DNA of 38,617 nt, from assembly GCA_030065585.1 (NCBI GenBank), contig JASJED010000074.1, positions 1 to 38,617 of the forward strand, given 5' to 3'. The first letter of the stretch is position 1; the number at the start of each line of letters is the position of its first letter. Under the pieces are notes generated by a model, which saw only the letters and a list, made by a program, of their open reading frames with translations, made no database searches and had not been told where the DNA came from. Made by a program: the position numbers and the translations under genes. Of this stretch, positions 1-8,058 are shown one piece after another. This DNA comes from Desulfobacterales bacterium (GTDB lineage Bacteria; Desulfobacterota; Desulfobacteria; Desulfobacterales; UBA5852).

Positions 1-36
1 CCGCCTGATCCCTGACACCCGAAACCTGACACCTTG
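1..36. repeat. Heptamer-based short repeat (CCTGACA/CCCGAAA units), probably cut by the window edge
   Basis: Positions 1-31 (ccgcctgatccctgacacccgaaacctgaca) match 2028-2058 at 30/31 bases. Confidence 0.75.
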
Positions 37-51
37 TAAATTTCTAAAATA

Positions 52-206
52 TTGCGGGAAAGCCATCGGACGGCCTTCAATCCTCCAGGTCGGTCAGCGG
101 ACTTGCTGGGGGAGACGCTTATCTGCGCCTTGTCTAGGCAACGCCCCTCAGAACGTCGCTTATTTCCGCCTTCGCACGCCCCTCCCCCAATTTTCTGCGC
201 AACCCT
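52..206. repeat. Structured intergenic element (REP/MITE-like)
   Basis: Imperfect terminal inverted arms TTGCGGGAAA...TTTTCTGCGCAA; internal GGGGGAG/CTCCCCC inverted repeat; direct repeat GACGCTTATCTGCGCCTT / GTCGCTTATTTCCGCCTT; only one copy in the window. Confidence 0.4.
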
Positions 207-267
207 CAGGTGCGCGCCTTTCAATCAAATCATCAAAGGTTGTGCGGTGGAAAAGAGGTAAGGATAA

Positions 268-385
268 TTCCCATCCATGGGAAGATGATTCCATAATCAT
301 AACTTGGTGTCGAAGGGGCACCTCGGTTAACTTATTGATTTTTTTCAGCGCCCCAATTTCATCAACTGCTGGACCTTTTTTTGCA
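268..385 (+). promoter_or_regulatory. Sigma54 promoter with IHF site and candidate enhancer (UAS) palindromes
   Basis: -24/-12 element TGGACC-TTTTT-TTGCA at 370-385 with correct GG-to-GC spacing; IHF consensus WATCAANNNNTTR on the minus strand at 328-340 (AATCAATAAGTTA); palindromes TTCCCAT-cc-ATGGGAA at 268-283 and ATGATT-ccat-AATCAT at 285-300. Confidence 0.65.
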
Positions 386-419
386 TGTCATCTTTGAAAC
401 TTCGACGGTTGGATAAGGG

Positions 420-947
420 GTGGTCATTTCGACGATAGAAAAAAGCGGGGAGAAGAGCCGTATCGATGCCAAAGGCAACATAGCACCACGCGCTTTTGAT
501 GATCGGCGATCGGGGAACGATCGACGCGATCGATCAAAACGGGGTGTTCGGTTTTTACTTTTCGGGGGCCGGCGCGTGAACTATCGGCGCCACGCGGATC
601 GGCAGCGCATGCTTTATGTCGATTGGTATCACCAATCGCTTTTCGGCACCATCGTGCTGATTTTGCTCCTAAGTGTGATGGATGCCCTACTGACCATTGT
701 TTTGATCAATCACGGGGCCACCGAGATAAATCCCATCATGGCTTTCTATCTGGAGATGGGACCCTATACCTTCCTATTCGTCAAATACGGCCTGACCTGC
801 GCAGGCCTGCTGATTCTGGTGCTCTGCAATAATTTCTTCCTGAGGTCGATCCGGGTCCATGCGGGGGCTTTGTTGTATCTGGTTCTGGTGGCCTTCATCG
901 GTGTCGTCTCCTGGCAGATTTTTCTGATTGGCAAGATGATCGCCTGA
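420..947 (+). CDS. DUF5658-like membrane protein with an Arg-rich DRR N-terminus
   Basis: C-terminal hydrophobic domain with LSVMDALLT...GATEINPIM...LFVKYGLT; N-terminal DRRSGNDRR. Confidence 0.75.
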   Translation: MVISTIEKSGEKSRIDAKGNIAPRAFDDRRSGNDRRDRSKRGVRFLLFGGRRVNYRRHADRQRMLYVDWYHQSLFGTIVLILLLSVMDALLTIVLINHGATEINPIMAFYLEMGPYTFLFVKYGLTCAGLLILVLCNNFFLRSIRVHAGALLYLVLVAFIGVVSWQIFLIGKMIA

Positions 948-1117
948 ATTCGGTACCCGGACCCTCACCGAAGCCACAATGGCCAGCGGCCATCCCCCCC
1001 CCTTTTTCCCGGCGGCGGCTTGTGGTAAGAACCCCGAGGGGATCGGCGGCGGAAGGCGCCCCGAGCCTCTGTGCTGTCTGATACCCTGCTGGGGTCTTCC
1101 CACGAACGGATGCTGCC

Positions 1118-1882
1118 ATGTCGCCGCGGACCAGTCTGGATTACCATGGCGGGCGAATTCTGGGCCCGTCTGACCGCTTTCGATTCGGGTGCCATCCCGG
1201 GGTAGCCTGTTTTACGCGCTGCTGCCGGGATGCGGACATGTATCTCTATCCCTACGATATCATCCGCATGAAACGCCACCTGGGGATGACCTCCGAGGAG
1301 TTTCTAAACACCCACAGCGTCGTCGCCATCCGCGACAATCCCCATTTTCCCCACGTGATGCTTAAGATGTCGGATGCCGCCGACCGGGCCTGCCGTTTTC
1401 TCACTGCCGACGGGTGTCAAATTTACCCCCATCGACCTTACGCCTGCCGGGCCTACCCGCTGGAGCGGGCCGTGGCCCGTCAATCGAGGGGCCCGAATCG
1501 AACGGCCTATTACGGCATCGCCCGCCACGTCTACTGCCAAGGTCATGCGGAGCAAACCACATGGACCATCGCCGATTGGTCGGACGACCAGGACCTGGCG
1601 GACTATGAGGCCATGAACGACCAATGGGTGGATGTCGACTCCATTTTCCGCACCAACCCCTGGGGTGACCAGGGGATTCGAAGCCCGGCCCTGCCGATGG
1701 CTTTCATGGCCTGCTATAATATGGACAAATTCAGGCAGTTCGTTTTCGAAAGCTCCTTTTTGACGCGTTTGGCGGTCCCCGCCCCGCGGATTGAAGCCGT
1801 CCGCGCCACGGACGAAGCCCTGATGCTTCTGGGATTCGACTGGGTGCGCCGGATGCTGCGCAACGAAGGACCGCTGGCGTAG
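1118..1882 (+). CDS. YkgJ/UPF0153 family Cys-cluster protein
   Basis: FGCHPGVACFTRCC and CRFLTADGCQIYPHRPYACRAYP motifs. Confidence 0.85.
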   Translation: MSPRTSLDYHGGRILGPSDRFRFGCHPGVACFTRCCRDADMYLYPYDIIRMKRHLGMTSEEFLNTHSVVAIRDNPHFPHVMLKMSDAADRACRFLTADGCQIYPHRPYACRAYPLERAVARQSRGPNRTAYYGIARHVYCQGHAEQTTWTIADWSDDQDLADYEAMNDQWVDVDSIFRTNPWGDQGIRSPALPMAFMACYNMDKFRQFVFESSFLTRLAVPAPRIEAVRATDEALMLLGFDWVRRMLRNEGPLA

Positions 1883-1894
1883 CGCGTTTTGGGT

Positions 1895-2058
1895 TTAGGT
1901 GTCAGGTGACAGGTGTCGGGTAATTCTGAAACCTGAAACCTGACACCTTAGTATGTAATAAACAGGGAGCCCTTGCAGCGGTGTCAGTGTTCAGCTGTCA
2001 GTAAATGGTTCGACTTCGGGGCCATGGCCGCCTCATCCCTGACACCCGAAACCTGACA
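1895..2058. repeat. Inverted arrays of heptamer repeats (CAGGTGT / CCTGAAA / CCTGACA)
   Basis: ttaggtgtcaggtgacaggtgtcggg...ctgaaacctgaaacctgacacctta at 1895-1950 forms a long imperfect palindrome; a second pair lies at ~1979-2001 and 2037-2058. Confidence 0.75.
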
Positions 2059-2068
2059 TTTTATGCGC

Positions 2069-2192
2069 GACGGTTTCGTAATAAATCCGAGATCAAGGCT
2101 TGCGAAGCCCGAGGAATGAGGCGTACATATCGTACGCCGCAGTGACGAGGGGTGAAGCGTAACGCCGATATCGGGCTTATTACAAAACCGTT
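2069..2192. repeat. 124-bp dispersed inverted-repeat element, copy 1
   Basis: Terminal arms GACGGTTTCGTAATAAATCCGA / TCGGGCTTATTACAAAACCGTT; central hairpin GGCGTAC-atatc-GTACGCC; homologous to the copies at 14358, 31307 and 34408. Confidence 0.9.
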
Positions 2193-2218
2193 TTAGCGAC
2201 AACCGCAGGAGGTGCCTC

Positions 2219-2686
2219 ATGACGCAACTAAAACCCGGAGACCCGGCCCCGGCCTTCGAGGCCCCGGACCAGGACGGCAACATGGTAAGCTTGGGCGACT
2301 TCAACGGCCGCAAGCTCTTCCTCTTTTTCTACCCCAAAGCCAACACCTCGGGGTGAGCCACCCAGGCCCAGGCGGTGCGGGACGCACGGCCCGAACTGGA
2401 TCACAACGGCGTGGCGGCCATCGGGATCAGCCCGGACACGCCCCGCAAACAAAAGAATTTCGACGCCAAGTACACGCTGGGTTTTCCGCTGCTGAGCGAT
2501 CCCGAGCATCGCATCGCGGAAGCCTACGGCGCGTGGGGTGAAAAGAAGATGTACGGCAAGACCTTTATGGGGATCGTGCGCACTTCGGTGCTGATCGACG
2601 AGCAGGGCCGGGTCACGGCGATATGGCCCAAGATCAGCCCCAAGAATACGGTACCTGAGCTGTTCAAGGCGCTAACAGGCGGTTGA
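2219..2686 (+). CDS. bcp: Bcp/PrxQ peroxiredoxin, probable selenoprotein (Sec at codon 46)
   Basis: RBS GCAGGAGG, then ATG 2219: MTQLKPGDPAPAFEAPDQDGNMVSLGDFNGRKLFLFFYPKANTSG-TGA(2354-2356)-ATQAQAVRD..., in frame with the ORF-track ORF 2375-2686 (GISPD, FPLLSD, YGAWGEKKMYGK, VRTS); the TGA occupies the peroxidatic Cys of PxxxT/SxxC. Confidence 0.88.
2362..2399 (+). promoter_or_regulatory. Putative bacterial SECIS hairpin
   Basis: GGC-g-GTGCG-GGA-CGCAC-g-GCC at 2371-2391; the apical loop begins with G about 24 nt after the UGA; CCAG/CTGG could form a lower stem. Confidence 0.65.
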
Positions 2687-2699
2687 AAAACGATTGCGC

Positions 2700-3137
2700 T
2701 TAGCGCTGCAGTTTGAAGCGAATCCGCAGGATGCCGTCCTGATGGCTGGAGGAGGTGATACGAAATTTGCCGATCGCGCCGGTGGAAGCCACATGAGGAC
2801 CGATGCAGGGGCAGCGGTCATAGTCGCCAACCGCCACAATGCGAATTCGGTCGCCGGCATCCTCGGGCAGCCGCGAAAGATCAAAGGCCTGCCGGGCGGC
2901 GGCGAGATCCATGAAATTCTCCGTCAGGGGCAGATCGGCGGCGATCACGGCGTTTACCTCCGCTTCGAGCCGGCGTTCCTCCACGCTGCTCAGCGGTCGC
3001 GCGAAGCGGTAGTCGCATTTTGATTTCTTCTTCTCGATGTGAGCGCTGAAACAGCGCGGGCAGTCGAAAAGGCGGCCCATGGCCTGGTTGAGGATATGTT
3101 CGGCGCTGTGCATGCGGGGATCGAATACCTTGACCAT
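2700..3137 (-). CDS. Free-standing AlaX-type tRNA editing protein (tRNA_SAD domain)
   Basis: HSAEH (HxxxH) and CIGPH (CxGxH) Zn motifs; RIRIVAVGDYDRCPC; start taken at MVKVFDPRM. Confidence 0.8.
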   Translation of the reverse strand: MVKVFDPRMHSAEHILNQAMGRLFDCPRCFSAHIEKKKSKCDYRFARPLSSVEERRLEAEVNAVIAADLPLTENFMDLAAARQAFDLSRLPEDAGDRIRIVAVGDYDRCPCIGPHVASTGAIGKFRITSSSHQDGILRIRFKLQR

Positions 3138-3343
3138 CTTGATTTCCCATCGCTGTTGATGATTGCTCGGGCTTCCTACCATCATTGGGGCCAGATGGGA
3201 ATAGCCCGCTGCCGCAAAACCGATTACGGTTGGTGCCAGGATCCCGCGCGGTTTGACAGGACCGCCAAAGCCCTCTATCTTTTAATCATCGTTTAGATTA
3301 GACGTCGAATTCCGGTAGCTAGCCCCCGGCAGCCGAGGATAGA

Positions 3344-3529
3344 ATGATGGGAACCTCCCGCAAAAAACGCAGCCCGGCTGACAGGCGCTCGGGTGTCGAT
3401 CGTCGCCGTACCAATCCCCGTCGCTACACCGGTATTGAAAGACGCATCGATCCCGATTGTCGCAGCAGCCGCGACCGACGTGAAGGCAATGGACCCTGGT
3501 CTGAACTTCAGATGCCGCATATTCGTTAG
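3344..3529 (+). CDS. Small Arg-rich DRR-repeat protein
   Basis: RBS GAGGA; DRRSGVDRRR..RRYTGIERR..DRRE; 61 aa. Confidence 0.6.
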   Translation: MMGTSRKKRSPADRRSGVDRRRTNPRRYTGIERRIDPDCRSSRDRREGNGPWSELQMPHIR

Positions 3530-3691
3530 GATCCTACCTGACAAGTTTGGGATGCACCAGGATGACCCTGAGCCTTGTACCCTTGGCCATGGCACTCAGC
3601 GGTTGATTGGCGCCGGCCGGTTGCCGACGGTGATCATATCGCCTTAACCGGTGTCTTCCTCGACCCCGTATCCACCAGCGGAGGAATGCAG

Positions 3692-3883
3692 ATGGACGAC
3701 CGAATTGCCCAGGGAAGCGGTGACACGCAAAGTGTTCGCATCGATATTCCCCAGAGTCTGATGTCGAGGGTGCACAACCACTGCAACAAGCGCAACATTA
3801 CCATTCAGGAATTTATTCGCGACGCCCTTTCCGAAAAACTGGAAATGGCCCACAAAGAACGCCGACGCAAACAGCGCGTCTAA
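3692..3883 (+). CDS. Small ribbon-helix-helix (CopG-like) protein
   Basis: RBS GGAGGA at 3680-3685; SVRIDIPQSLMSRVHNHCNKRNITIQEFIRDALSEKL fits a beta-alpha-alpha RHH pattern. Confidence 0.65.
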   Translation: MDDRIAQGSGDTQSVRIDIPQSLMSRVHNHCNKRNITIQEFIRDALSEKLEMAHKERRRKQRV

Positions 3884-4242
3884 AACCGGATGGTATTCCG
3901 CACGTTCACTTTTCCTGCCGCCTTTCCATTCGTGCGGCGCCGCTCCACTCCCATCGTTTCCGCCGGATGCTGGCCAATCGGGTGACGAAGCGTTTCAAGC
4001 CCCACATGGCCTCCTTGAAGATTACCCATTCGTAAGAAATCACGGATCTGACGATTCCGGAAGATTATGCGCGTAAACGGACCCCCATTCATCGCTGCTG
4101 GCAATTAAGGGTCTGAACCGCTACGGGTCGAATGCCGACCTGGGGTGTTGATTCGCAAGCGAAACCGCGTCCTCAAACGCCGGTCAGCGGTGATTGGCGC
4201 ACACGCCGATTGCAATGGTTGCGGGATACAAGGTGTCAGTGA

Positions 4243-4701
4243 TCAGGTGGCCAATCGCTGCGCCGCCCAGGCCAAGGCGGCATACCGGGCGGTTTTGCCC
4301 GCAGCCACCAGGAGGGTGAAGCGCCACAGGGGAATGCGCAGGATGCCGCCCACGAAGCACAGGGGATCGCCCACCACCGGGGCCCAGGCCATCAGCAGGG
4401 ACCAACTGCCCCAGCGCTCGTACCAGCGCTCTGCCCTGAGGCGCGCCTGCGCATCGATTTTGAGCCCGCGTCGGATGATGCAGGGGCCTCCCCAGATGCC
4501 CAGCGCCCATGTCGTCATGGCCCCCAGGGTGTTGCCGACGGTGGCGACAACCACCGCCGCGCCGGGGTTGATCTGATGAATCACCAGCGCCACAAGCAAC
4601 CATTCGGAAGCGATCGGTAAGACGGTCGCGGCCAGAAAACTGATACCCAAGAGGGCCGGCAGGCCCCAGTCGATGAGAAGCGCTTCCATGTCGGAGGTCA
4701 T
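4243..4701 (-). CDS. YqaA/DedA (VTT domain) membrane protein
   Basis: SFLAATVLPIASE, GNTLGAMTTW, WAPVVGDPLCFVGG, GKTARY. Confidence 0.9.
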   Translation of the reverse strand: MTSDMEALLIDWGLPALLGISFLAATVLPIASEWLLVALVIHQINPGAAVVVATVGNTLGAMTTWALGIWGGPCIIRRGLKIDAQARLRAERWYERWGSWSLLMAWAPVVGDPLCFVGGILRIPLWRFTLLVAAGKTARYAALAWAAQRLAT

Positions 4702-4719
4702 TCGCGGATCGGGGTCTGA

Positions 4720-5322
4720 TCAGTCTTCGACCGCGTAGCCATACTCTTTTGCGTTGACATTGTGGCGTTTTTCCCACCCCAAGGTCGAGGAGGGCGTCGG
4801 ACCGTAGTCATGCCCCGGCCAGACGACGGTATCTTCAGGCAGTTCCATCAGACGGCGGATAGAGGCCCCCAGGGTGGGCCGATCGCCGCCGGGAAGATCG
4901 GTGCGACCGCTGTCGCCCACAAAGAGGGTGTCCCCGGTGAAGAGATTGCCGTCGGCATACAGACAGATGCCGCCGGGCGTGTGGCCGGGGGTGTGGATCA
5001 CCTTCAAGCCAAGGGTGCCCATCTGAATCTGGTCTTTGTCGGAAAGGAAAACATCCGCCCCCGGAAATCCAGCGGCATCGTCGGTGTGGATCATGACGCG
5101 TGCCCCGGTTTGGGCCTTGAGCTGCGCATTGCCGGCCGTATGGTCGCCGTGGGCGTGGGTGTTGACGATCGTCGTAATGGTCAGACCCTCATCGGCGGCG
5201 GCCGCCAGGATGGCCGCCACGTCCGCTCCGGGATCGATTACCAAGGCCTGGCAGGTGCTTTCGCATCCCACCAGATAGCAGAAATTGTCCATCATGCCCA
5301 CTTCGAGCTGTCTGATGATCAT
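4720..5322 (-). CDS. Metallo-beta-lactamase fold hydrolase (glyoxalase II-like)
   Basis: THAHGDH, HTPGHTPG, FTGDTLF, PGHDY. Confidence 0.92.
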   Translation of the reverse strand: MIIRQLEVGMMDNFCYLVGCESTCQALVIDPGADVAAILAAAADEGLTITTIVNTHAHGDHTAGNAQLKAQTGARVMIHTDDAAGFPGADVFLSDKDQIQMGTLGLKVIHTPGHTPGGICLYADGNLFTGDTLFVGDSGRTDLPGGDRPTLGASIRRLMELPEDTVVWPGHDYGPTPSSTLGWEKRHNVNAKEYGYAVED

Positions 5323-5499
5323 CGATGCCTCCGTTTTGCAATTTTAGTCATTTTGCTTTAATGAGATCGTAAATTCCATAGGCGCCCATTATCCGATAGG
5401 CATTTAAAATAAATCGACTGCCGGTGCAAGCGGCACCTGGCAGGGCACGGCCCGCGCATTGGCTGTGCGCCAATTCTTACCATAAGGAATATCCTCGCC

Positions 5500-6417
5500 A
5501 TGCTACCGCCGTCCGGAAACGCAAGCCGTGGTCAGGTCGCCGTCAGCCGGTTGGTCGGCGGCATCGTGCTGACACGGCCTGTCTTTCTCCTGATGTTGCT
5601 TGTGATGCTGCCCGGCTGCAGCCGCATGGTCTCCAACGCGACCAGCGATCTGGCGGACAACCTGGCCCAGGCCATCGCCAACAATGATGACCCGGATACG
5701 GTCAGGGCCGGGGGCCCGGCCTATCTGCTCATGATGGACGGTCTGGTGCACCGCGATCCGGAAAATCCAGACCTGTTGATGCGCGCCGCCGCGCTCTACA
5801 GCGCTTACGGCGAGGCATTTGTCGACGACCCGGACCGGGCCCGCCGACTTTCTCAGCGGGCCTTGCGCTACGCGACACGTGCGCTTTGTGTCCACGCGCC
5901 GGACGACTGCCATTTGCGCCAGGCCGATTTCGACCTATTCGAAGCCCGCCTTCAGCGGGTCGATGAACAGGAGGTGCCGTTGTTCTACACCTGGGGGGCC
6001 GCCTGGGCCGGGTGGATTCAAGCCCGCAGCGACGATCTCGACGCCGTGGCCGAGTTGGCCCGCGTCGAGGCGATCATGCAGCGGATCGCGGTGGTGGATG
6101 AAGATTATCAGCGGGGTAGTGCGCATCTATACCTGGGGGCTTTTGCCATCCTCGTGCCGCCGGCCATGGGCGGTAGACCCGAGGTGGCCCGACAGCATTT
6201 CGAACGGGCGATTGCCCTTTCCGGCGGTGAGAATCTCATGGCCAAGGTGGTTTACGCCCGTCGCTATGCCCGCATGGTCTACGACCGTCCGCTCCACGAC
6301 CGCCTGCTGATGGACGTGTTGGCGGCCGACCCCGATGTGCCCGGGATGGTTCTCTGGAACATTCTGGCCCAGGAGCAGGCCCGGGAACTGCTGGCCAGCG
6401 CCGATGATTTTTTCTAG
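5500..6417 (+). CDS. TRAP transporter TatT component (TPR-like lipoprotein)
   Basis: Lipobox LPG|C; PPAMGGRPEVARQHFERAI, YARMVYDRPLHDRLL; directly upstream of dctP; the true start may be later. Confidence 0.85.
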   Translation: MLPPSGNASRGQVAVSRLVGGIVLTRPVFLLMLLVMLPGCSRMVSNATSDLADNLAQAIANNDDPDTVRAGGPAYLLMMDGLVHRDPENPDLLMRAAALYSAYGEAFVDDPDRARRLSQRALRYATRALCVHAPDDCHLRQADFDLFEARLQRVDEQEVPLFYTWGAAWAGWIQARSDDLDAVAELARVEAIMQRIAVVDEDYQRGSAHLYLGAFAILVPPAMGGRPEVARQHFERAIALSGGENLMAKVVYARRYARMVYDRPLHDRLLMDVLAADPDVPGMVLWNILAQEQARELLASADDFF

Positions 6418-6491
6418 CCCGCGGGCGGCTTGGCCCCCAAGAAGCGCCGGGGCGCCTTGCAACCCTAGAAAAGGGTGTTAGGTTCGATGAC

Positions 6492-7556
6492 ATGAATCGA
6501 CCGAATGGCATAACGACGGAAACCCGGGAAAGATTTATGTTGGCTTGTAATTGGCGGTATTGGATCGCCCTTCTGCTGCTGGTGGTCTTTGCGGCTCCGG
6601 CCCAGGCCGTAGTTCTCAAGGTGGCCACCCTCACGCCGGAGGGGTCCAGTTGGATGCGCAAGATGCGCGCGGGGGCCGAGGAAGTGGCCCAGGCCACCGA
6701 CCAGCGCGTGCGCTTCAAATTCTATCCCGGCGGTGTGATGGGCAACGACCGCGCCGTACTGCGCAAGATTCGCGCGGGGCAGCTCCACGGCGGGGCCTTT
6801 CAGGGGGGAACCCTTGCCGGCTACTACGGCGACATTCAAATTTACGGTCTGCCGCTGACGTTCAAGTCCCTCGGCGAAGTCCACCACGTGCGCCAACACA
6901 TGGATCAGGATCTGGTCGAGGGGCTGGAGGCCAACGGCTTCGTCACCTTCGGCCTGGCCGACGGGGGTTTCGCCTATATCATGTCCAATCAGCCGGTGGC
7001 CGACATCGAGGCTTTGGGCCGCTTGAAGGCCTGGGTTCCGGCCAATGACAAGATGATCCTGGATGCCATGCAAGGCTTTGGCTTGAGCCCGATTTCACTG
7101 CCCATCGCCGATGTGCGCACAGGCCTGCAGACCGGCTTGATCGATACCGTGGCGATTTCACCGATCGGGGCCATTGTGCTGCAATGGCACACCCAGGTGA
7201 AATACCTGACCAAGATGCCGCTGGTCTATCTTTTCGGCATCCTGGCGCTGGATCGCAAAGCCTTCTCCCGAATCGCCCCGGCCGATCAGGCGGAGGTGCG
7301 GCGGATCATGACCCGGGTCTGGCGCGAGATGGACGCCATGAACCGCGACGACAATGCCAAGGCACTCGAGGCCTTGCGCACCCAGGGGATCGAATTTATC
7401 GAACCGGCGCCCGATGCCCGCGATATATGGTACCGACGGGCGGAACCCATCCACCGCCAAATCATTGAGGCCGGGCATATCAGCCCCGCCGCCATCGACA
7501 AGTTGGAACGTCTGCTGAATGACTACCGAGCCCGGTTGGCCCGCCAAAATCAATGA
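6492..7556 (+). CDS. dctP: TRAP substrate-binding protein DctP (TatP)
   Basis: Signal peptide ending AQA; LKVATLTPEGSSW, FKFYPGGVMG, GLQTGLIDT; the start may be ATG 6537. Confidence 0.9.
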   Translation: MNRPNGITTETRERFMLACNWRYWIALLLLVVFAAPAQAVVLKVATLTPEGSSWMRKMRAGAEEVAQATDQRVRFKFYPGGVMGNDRAVLRKIRAGQLHGGAFQGGTLAGYYGDIQIYGLPLTFKSLGEVHHVRQHMDQDLVEGLEANGFVTFGLADGGFAYIMSNQPVADIEALGRLKAWVPANDKMILDAMQGFGLSPISLPIADVRTGLQTGLIDTVAISPIGAIVLQWHTQVKYLTKMPLVYLFGILALDRKAFSRIAPADQAEVRRIMTRVWREMDAMNRDDNAKALEALRTQGIEFIEPAPDARDIWYRRAEPIHRQIIEAGHISPAAIDKLERLLNDYRARLARQNQ

Positions 7557-8058
7557 CCCCGCCGTCCGTTCCCGTCTGACCCGGGTGCTCGGTCTGCTCT
7601 ACCGGCTGGAGGACCTGTTGATTGCGGCCCTCCTCACGGCGACCATGGGGCTGGCCCTGTTTCAGATTATTTTGCGCAACGTGATGGGAACGGGGATTGT
7701 CTGGGGTGACGTCCTGGTCCGGATTCTGGTGCTCTGGATCGGCATGGCCGGCGCCATGGCCGCCACACGCGAGGGCAAGCATATCAGCATCGATTTGCTG
7801 ACGCGGTTTTTAACCCCCGGCCTGCGGCGGGTGGCGAACAGCCTGACCGCCCTGTTTGCCGCGGTGATCTGCCTGGCGGCCGCTTATTTCAGCCTGCAGT
7901 TCGTGCTGAGCGAATACGCCGCCGGCGACCTGGTGTTCGGGCGCATCCCTTTCTGGGTGTGCGAGTCCGTCCTGCCGCTGGCGTTCAGCATCATTGGATT
8001 GCGCTATGGTACCCAGTTTCTGATCCATGTCGCGTTCCCGCCGGGAGAGGCCTCCTGA
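7519..8058 (+). CDS. dctQ: TRAP small permease DctQ
   Basis: Four TM segments; QIILRN, LWIGMAGAMAATREGKHISID. Confidence 0.88.
   Translation: MTTEPGWPAKINDPAVRSRLTRVLGLLYRLEDLLIAALLTATMGLALFQIILRNVMGTGIVWGDVLVRILVLWIGMAGAMAATREGKHISIDLLTRFLTPGLRRVANSLTALFAAVICLAAAYFSLQFVLSEYAAGDLVFGRIPFWVCESVLPLAFSIIGLRYGTQFLIHVAFPPGEAS

Noticed and set aside
1984-2313. Small ORFs spanning the repeat elements (also 14353-14607, 31258-31609, 34358-34636)
   Set aside because: Their mutual similarity (HSSGFASL-like peptides) comes from the shared DNA repeat. Starts, stops and frames are not conserved between copies.
2375-2686. 103-aa ORF as listed in the ORF track
   Set aside because: It is the C-terminal part of the TGA-containing Bcp gene that starts at 2219.
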